This document shows positions 59,172 through 64,000 of a stretch of DNA of 64,000 nt, one piece after another. The notes under the pieces were generated by a model. The model was not told the origin of the DNA and did not search any database. It worked only from the letters and a program-made list of their open reading frames with translations. Position numbers and translations under genes: made by a program. This DNA comes from Ignavibacteriota bacterium (GTDB taxonomy: Bacteria; Bacteroidota; Ignavibacteria; Palsa-1295): contig CAWBEI010000002.1 of the NCBI GenBank assembly GCA_963787835.1, positions 245,486-309,485 of the forward strand. Reading direction: 5' to 3'. The number at the start of each line of letters is the position of its first letter. Positions within the stretch are counted from its first letter, which is position 1.

Positions 59172-59357
59172 TCGAAAAACGCTCTTGCTCTGAAGCGAAC
59201 CTACCGCGTTCGTTTGATTACGAACGGTTCGCTCTGGTGCAAGAACACATGAAGGGATTTTAAGTAGCGGAAAGCTCAAAAATTAATATGCAGATGGGGA
59301 TGGAACAGCGGGATCGATAGGGCTCTCGCTAGAGAGCAAGAGCCCGTCTATAAATAT

Positions 59358-61322
59358 TTACCGAAGCAGCGACATGCTACCGGAAATACTCACCCCGTCC
59401 GCCTGCAACGTGTAGCGATACACTCCATTGGGAAGATCCCCGGCATTCAACGTCGAAGAATGTTCCCCGGCGCCGAGCCGTCCATCGACAAGCGTTGCCA
59501 CGGTGCGTCCAAGCACGTCGGTCACGGTCAAGAGAACATTCGATTCATTCGGAAGCGTAAATTGGATCGTCGTAGCAGAAGCGAAGGGATTCGGATAGCT
59601 CGAAATAACTTGTAGGGACGCCTGCCCACCATTGTTCGATACGCCCAACGTGCCCGTCACCGTAGCAACAGCGTGTCCATACCCAATAACATCAAAACCA
59701 GGCTGGCCGACACTATCCACTTCTCCAGCAGCCGTATCGATGGAAATCGCGGTGTGATACGTTGCCTCCGATGCGGTAAAAGGATTGAATGAAGATGTTT
59801 GTGGATACCGGAAATCGAATTTCTGTGATGCGGTTGGATCATTGACCATAAATGGTTGTGGATCCGTCCACGTATTTCCACCATCGGTGGTCGCAGAATA
59901 GAAGATGCTGCCATAAGCGAACGTGACCGACCCAGTATCGTCTGTGAACACTTCCGTGTCCCCCTCAATGTGTGTTTGGAAAAACACCGCAAAATGAGTC
60001 GTATCACCAGTCGTGGCTACAGTCGGGTAGCAAATAGGAAGTTCTTGCAAATTAACCACATTGCTGCTAAGATCAAGAATGTTTGGAACTGCGCCAGTCC
60101 CCGTCCCAGCATTTAAAGCGGCATTCGCAACCATGATTGAATCACCCTCATTAGGGTCTGGGACATAATAAATAGATGTGCTATATGGGAAATAAAGCCC
60201 CCCACCGGCATCGTCGAAATCGCCGACATAAATGAAATGCGGTACATCGCCAACATACCAAAAATCGAGAGAACCCGATGGAGTCCATGAATACGTGTTG
60301 CCCGAGTTATCGTTTACGGTCCGGCTGGTGAATGAAGCACCTTCTAGGATATAGGGTATGGTCGAAGACCAGTTGTTGCCACCGTCAGTCGATTCAGAAA
60401 AGTAGATCGACCCATCCGAGGATTGGGTATTTTCCCACATCACGCCGATATGACCGGATTTAGAAACTTCGATGCGGTATGCGCCACCGGATGTAATGCC
60501 AGCAGCACCATTGTTTGCATCGGTGCTTCCGGGTTCAGCAGTCCAACCCTGAAACACTGCGGTGTCGGCGCTCAAATTCCAGACACCGAACTGAAGCTGA
60601 TCTTCAGCACCACCAGAGGTTGCAGGAGAAACCGATGCGATCATATACACAGACTTGCCATCCGGACTGACAGCAATGCAAGGCCAGATGATCAGGGAGA
60701 TGCTGCCTTCCATTGTAGTGCCGCTTCCTTCACACTGAGCAAAATTTCCGTCGCCTGGGTTTCCTTTTTCGACCCATAATGCAGATTCCGTTTGAGAGCC
60801 GGAGCTGTTAAGATAGTGGTGCGCAGCGATGACCGGAATCCACACCCCTGGGCTGCGCTGAACTAACTGCATGTCAGCATAGCCACTACGATACTGGCTT
60901 AAAATGACAGGTGCTTTCCAGTGCTTGCCGGCATCGCTGCTGAACGTATAAAAACAATGGCGAGTGAGCGAACCGACATCTTTCCCAGAATTGTCGGTTA
61001 ATCCGGTTATCACCGCATGAATATTATTCGGATTGGAAGGATCGACTTGAATATTGTGCAACGCCCGTGAGTTGCTTTGCTGCGGCCAGGTACCATTGAC
61101 CGGTATTGAATCAACACCTGATGGCAGCTTGACCGATTGCGGTAATGGCACAAAAAGATGAGAGCCACTTGGCGCGACGTTGCCTAATCCTCCAGATTCA
61201 TTTGGAAACGTATGCTGTGCGGTCTTCCTTATAGCCGTTTGATTTAAAATGGTCTGGCCCTGACAGAGTGACGGAAGTGGAACAAGAAGAATTAATAAAA
61301 TGAGGCGTATCAAAGTCTTCAT
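59358..61322 (-). CDS. BNR-repeat (sialidase-fold-like) protein with T9SS C-terminal sorting domain
   Basis: BNR motifs are SSDAGKHW, STDGGNNW and TTDGGNTW. The C-terminus is SYPNPFASATTIQFTLPNESNVLLTVTDVLGRTVATLVDG..GVYRYTL. Confidence 0.8.
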   Translation of the reverse strand: MKTLIRLILLILLVPLPSLCQGQTILNQTAIRKTAQHTFPNESGGLGNVAPSGSHLFVPLPQSVKLPSGVDSIPVNGTWPQQSNSRALHNIQVDPSNPNNIHAVITGLTDNSGKDVGSLTRHCFYTFSSDAGKHWKAPVILSQYRSGYADMQLVQRSPGVWIPVIAAHHYLNSSGSQTESALWVEKGNPGDGNFAQCEGSGTTMEGSISLIIWPCIAVSPDGKSVYMIASVSPATSGGAEDQLQFGVWNLSADTAVFQGWTAEPGSTDANNGAAGITSGGAYRIEVSKSGHIGVMWENTQSSDGSIYFSESTDGGNNWSSTIPYILEGASFTSRTVNDNSGNTYSWTPSGSLDFWYVGDVPHFIYVGDFDDAGGGLYFPYSTSIYYVPDPNEGDSIMVANAALNAGTGTGAVPNILDLSSNVVNLQELPICYPTVATTGDTTHFAVFFQTHIEGDTEVFTDDTGSVTFAYGSIFYSATTDGGNTWTDPQPFMVNDPTASQKFDFRYPQTSSFNPFTASEATYHTAISIDTAAGEVDSVGQPGFDVIGYGHAVATVTGTLGVSNNGGQASLQVISSYPNPFASATTIQFTLPNESNVLLTVTDVLGRTVATLVDGRLGAGEHSSTLNAGDLPNGVYRYTLQADGVSISGSMSLLR

Positions 61323-61455
61323 AGAAGGTTTTTTCAGATTGGATAATGCTATTTTTGATTATACGTGGCCACGCGACCGTTTCGCTGCCACAACGTATAG
61401 CATGCAAAAATAACTCTTTTTTTCGAGCCGTGCGTGAAATTCATAATTTGAGCCT

Positions 61456-62076
61456 TCAAGCATGTTCAGAATGCAGGAACACACGAGCCGCCTCAGAGTT
61501 GCTCCCGGCCGCACTTTTCGCGATATAATTTCGCAATAAAGAAATTCCTTTTCCCGTCGAACTTGATGTGCTAAAAATTTCCACAACGGAGGAAGTCTCT
61601 TTAATCGAACGAATATGCCGGGCCAGATCCTGCTGTTTTGCCTTATCGCATTTCGTTAGCACGATAAAGAACGGAAGCTGATTGTCACGAAACCAGCGAA
61701 GTACCACCTCGTCGCTCTCAAGTTGCGGATGGCGAGCGTCAATAAGAAGCCCGATCTCAGCAAGCTCCTTGCGTTCAAGAAAATACCGCTCCGTGAGCAA
61801 CGCCCACTGCACCCGTTCCGATTTTGCAAGCTTGGCATATCCAAACCCTGGCATATCGACGAGAAAGAACTCCTTATTGATAAGGTAGTAATTCAGTGTG
61901 CGGGTTTTCCCAGGAGTGGAGCTTGTTTTTGCAAGCTGTTTCCTATCCGCAAGCGCGTTTATTAACGACGATTTGCCAACGTTCGACCTGCCTATCAATG
62001 CAACCTCCGGCTTGCCACCGATGGGCAGAGATTCGAAAGCGGAATAACTGGAAACAAACGCGGCTTCGAACTTCAT
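61456..62076 (-). CDS. engB: ribosome biogenesis GTP-binding protein YihA/YsxC (EngB)
   Basis: Has GRSNVGKSSLINAL (G1), DMPGFGYA (G3) and TKCDK (G4), in about 200 aa. Confidence 0.9.
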   Translation of the reverse strand: MKFEAAFVSSYSAFESLPIGGKPEVALIGRSNVGKSSLINALADRKQLAKTSSTPGKTRTLNYYLINKEFFLVDMPGFGYAKLAKSERVQWALLTERYFLERKELAEIGLLIDARHPQLESDEVVLRWFRDNQLPFFIVLTKCDKAKQQDLARHIRSIKETSSVVEIFSTSSSTGKGISLLRNYIAKSAAGSNSEAARVFLHSEHA

Positions 62077-62114
62077 AATGAAAGGCGGAACAATGAGGGG
62101 CTCTTCGAACGCCG

Positions 62115-63410
62115 TTATTCTTTATTATTGCTTTTAGGATCGGTGGTATCGGTATCCTCAGGATGAGCTTTCTTTTCGGCTTCGGCTTTTTCCACCTCTG
62201 ACTTGAGTTTCTTATAATACCCTAACTGCTGATTAAAATACGTATTGTCATCCTTCGGAGCGTGGCTAACGGCTGTTTCTTCATCATGGATCGCATCGTC
62301 CCAGTGGTGCAAACGCCCATTTACCAGCGCCCGGGTATCGAAATAATTGGGATCGGTATCGTTTTTCGAAATTGCCTCATTGATAAGTGCGAAGGCATGC
62401 TGAAAATCCGTGGAGAAGCTCGCAAGATTCCATGCGTAATCATTCAGAAGATCGGGATCTCTGTAGTTCGTAAATGCGAAGATTCGCTCGTACATTGCCG
62501 AGGCACTATCGTGCTTTTTGGTCTTTTCAAAATGGTCGAGCAGTCGATTAAGAAGATCTAAATGCAAAAGGCTATCCTGTTCCCCTTTGCCGAGTGAAGC
62601 AATAAAATTTTCGATCGGCACTGTATTTCCTTCAACCTTAAGCCGAAGATAGGCATAACGTAATTCGGCTGTTCGAGCGATAGCCGGAAAATCCTTCGAG
62701 TGTGCCAGACCCTCGAGATGGTAGAGCACGCTATCATATTTCGAACGCTGCTCGAACATATCAATAAGTTGTTCTCGCATTACAATGGAAGTTGTGTCCT
62801 TCCAAAACGCAGCGATCATGCTTTTCAGCGTGTTCCGGCCTGCGAGAATGTCTGTAAGGCGTTGTTCCAACTGAGAAGCAGTAAATTGCTGTGGAAAAAC
62901 GATTCGATCCATTTCTGCCTTGTCTGGACCGATAACGATCATCGCGGGACGAACGGCAATGCCATAATCCTTCTCAAGGCCACTCAAGCGCCAGCCAAGA
63001 TTTCGGAGACTATCCAACCCCACCGCTGGCGGCGGATCGACCGCGAAATCAACCATGGAGGGTTCGAAGTGGGTCTTAATAAATTTTTGAAGAGAATCGC
63101 TTGTGATCACTTCCCGTGCAAGACGAATGCTGTTCGAATCAATGAGGTCAAGATCAAATGCAAGCGTGGGTTTGCCCGAATGCGCGGATGTTAGCACCGC
63201 ATCATCCCACATCGTTTGAAATGGGAATTCATAGTGGATCGCCGGCGTGGTACTGAGCCGAGGGTTAATTGGCTGCTGCTGCGACCGAATCGGGGCAGCG
63301 CCTGCAACCATTATGCAGGCAGCAATAATAGCAGGGAAAAATAGTGCGCGGATAGGAATATTTTGCTTTTCGATGCCCCAAGAACACGCGAAATGCCGCT
63401 CGGTTTCCAA
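62115..63410 (-). CDS. hypothetical secreted protein, helical-repeat (TPR-like) C-terminal half
   Basis: A 431-aa ORF whose signal peptide ends ..APIRS and is followed by QQQ. The C-terminal half has helical repeats and ends in a lysine/glutamate-rich tail. I recognise no family. Confidence 0.55.
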   Translation of the reverse strand: METERHFACSWGIEKQNIPIRALFFPAIIAACIMVAGAAPIRSQQQPINPRLSTTPAIHYEFPFQTMWDDAVLTSAHSGKPTLAFDLDLIDSNSIRLAREVITSDSLQKFIKTHFEPSMVDFAVDPPPAVGLDSLRNLGWRLSGLEKDYGIAVRPAMIVIGPDKAEMDRIVFPQQFTASQLEQRLTDILAGRNTLKSMIAAFWKDTTSIVMREQLIDMFEQRSKYDSVLYHLEGLAHSKDFPAIARTAELRYAYLRLKVEGNTVPIENFIASLGKGEQDSLLHLDLLNRLLDHFEKTKKHDSASAMYERIFAFTNYRDPDLLNDYAWNLASFSTDFQHAFALINEAISKNDTDPNYFDTRALVNGRLHHWDDAIHDEETAVSHAPKDDNTYFNQQLGYYKKLKSEVEKAEAEKKAHPEDTDTTDPKSNNKE

Positions 63411-63497
63411 TGATCTATGTTTTAATCAGAAAAGCAAGGATATAGAACGAAAAACAGCTTGCGTTGCGTTAGTTCTTCAGATCGAATGAGGTGAACC

Positions 63498-64000
63498 ATG
63501 CTCGCAGAAATTCAAGACCGAAAAACACTCTATCGGAAGACGTATGAGGATTATACAAAGCTCCCCGATTATCCCCGCTATGAGCTTATCGACGGAGAGT
63601 TCATTTTGACACCAAGCCCGACGTTCGATCATCAGGGAGTCAGCTTCGAACTCTCCTATTTGCTTGCTGAATATTTACGCCGGAACAAAATCGGACGCGC
63701 CGTGGCCGCACCGATGGATGTGATATTCGATCAATGGAATGTCTGCCAGCCAGACCTTCTTTTTGTCTCGAACGAGCAGGCGTCCATTATAAAATCCGGC
63801 AGAGTGTTTGGAGCGCCTGATCTGGTTATGGAATTACTCTCCCCCTCCAACAGCTACCTCGATCTCACCAAAAAGAAAGAGCTGTACGAACGGTTTGGAG
63901 TCAATGAATATTGGATCGTCGATCCGATGGAGCATTCCATTGACATATTCTCGAACCGAAATGGCACATTCGAACTCTCATTTTCCGGACGTGGCAATGG
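63498..64000 (+). CDS. Uma2 family endonuclease (DUF820), 3' end cut by window edge
   Basis: The frame from ATG 63498 stays open to the window end. The sequence is YEDYTKLPDYPRYELIDGEFILTPSPTFDHQ .. CQPDLLFV .. APDLVMELLSPSN .. YERFGVNEYWIVDP, matching the conserved Uma2 PD-(D/E)xK pattern. The ORF track omits it because there is no stop in the window. Confidence 0.8.
   Translation, partial: MLAEIQDRKTLYRKTYEDYTKLPDYPRYELIDGEFILTPSPTFDHQGVSFELSYLLAEYLRRNKIGRAVAAPMDVIFDQWNVCQPDLLFVSNEQASIIKSGRVFGAPDLVMELLSPSNSYLDLTKKKELYERFGVNEYWIVDPMEHSIDIFSNRNGTFELSFSGRGN

Overview
This is a bacterial chromosomal window, probably from an FCB-superphylum organism (Ignavibacteriota/Bacteroidota-like). Three proteins end in T9SS type-A C-terminal sorting domains, PorV-like and GWxTD proteins are present, and nearly every predicted signal peptide is followed by Gln. 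Ordinary genes flank the window: oppF-like, pgsA-like, ftsY, mutL, mdh, hflX, engB, and the GT9 and LpxL-like LPS genes. The dominant feature is a roughly 21-kb single-strand array (8255-29350) of eight paralogous secreted fibre-like proteins rich in Thr/Gly/Ser/Asn/Ala, ranging from 445 to about 1950 aa. A small lipoprotein sits inside the array and a ninth paralog lies at 36781-38064. The paralogs share an N-terminal module but carry at least three C-terminal head types, exchange internal cassettes, and include a gene with six near-identical units of about 640 bp. No phage structural genes, recombinase, reverse transcriptase, dedicated exporter or T9SS tag accompanies them, so I flag this array as the best candidate for an undescribed system (surface fibres or receptor-binding proteins with swappable heads). 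Other notable items are a DprE2/DprE1-like epimerase pair, an ECF sigma operon whose anti-sigma protein carries an OMP-barrel-like C-terminus, and an outer-membrane operon (TonB-dependent-like receptor, 1392-aa protein, PorV-like, GWxTD, lipid A/heptosyl genes). At least five 1-nt frameshifts sit at short mononucleotide runs (giant fibre gene, hybrid kinase twice, hflX, dprE2-like), and the four-helix-bundle gene carries a further frameshift plus an in-frame TAG. This pattern suggests sequencing or assembly indels rather than true pseudogenes. All functional calls come from reading motifs in the supplied translations; no database search was possible.
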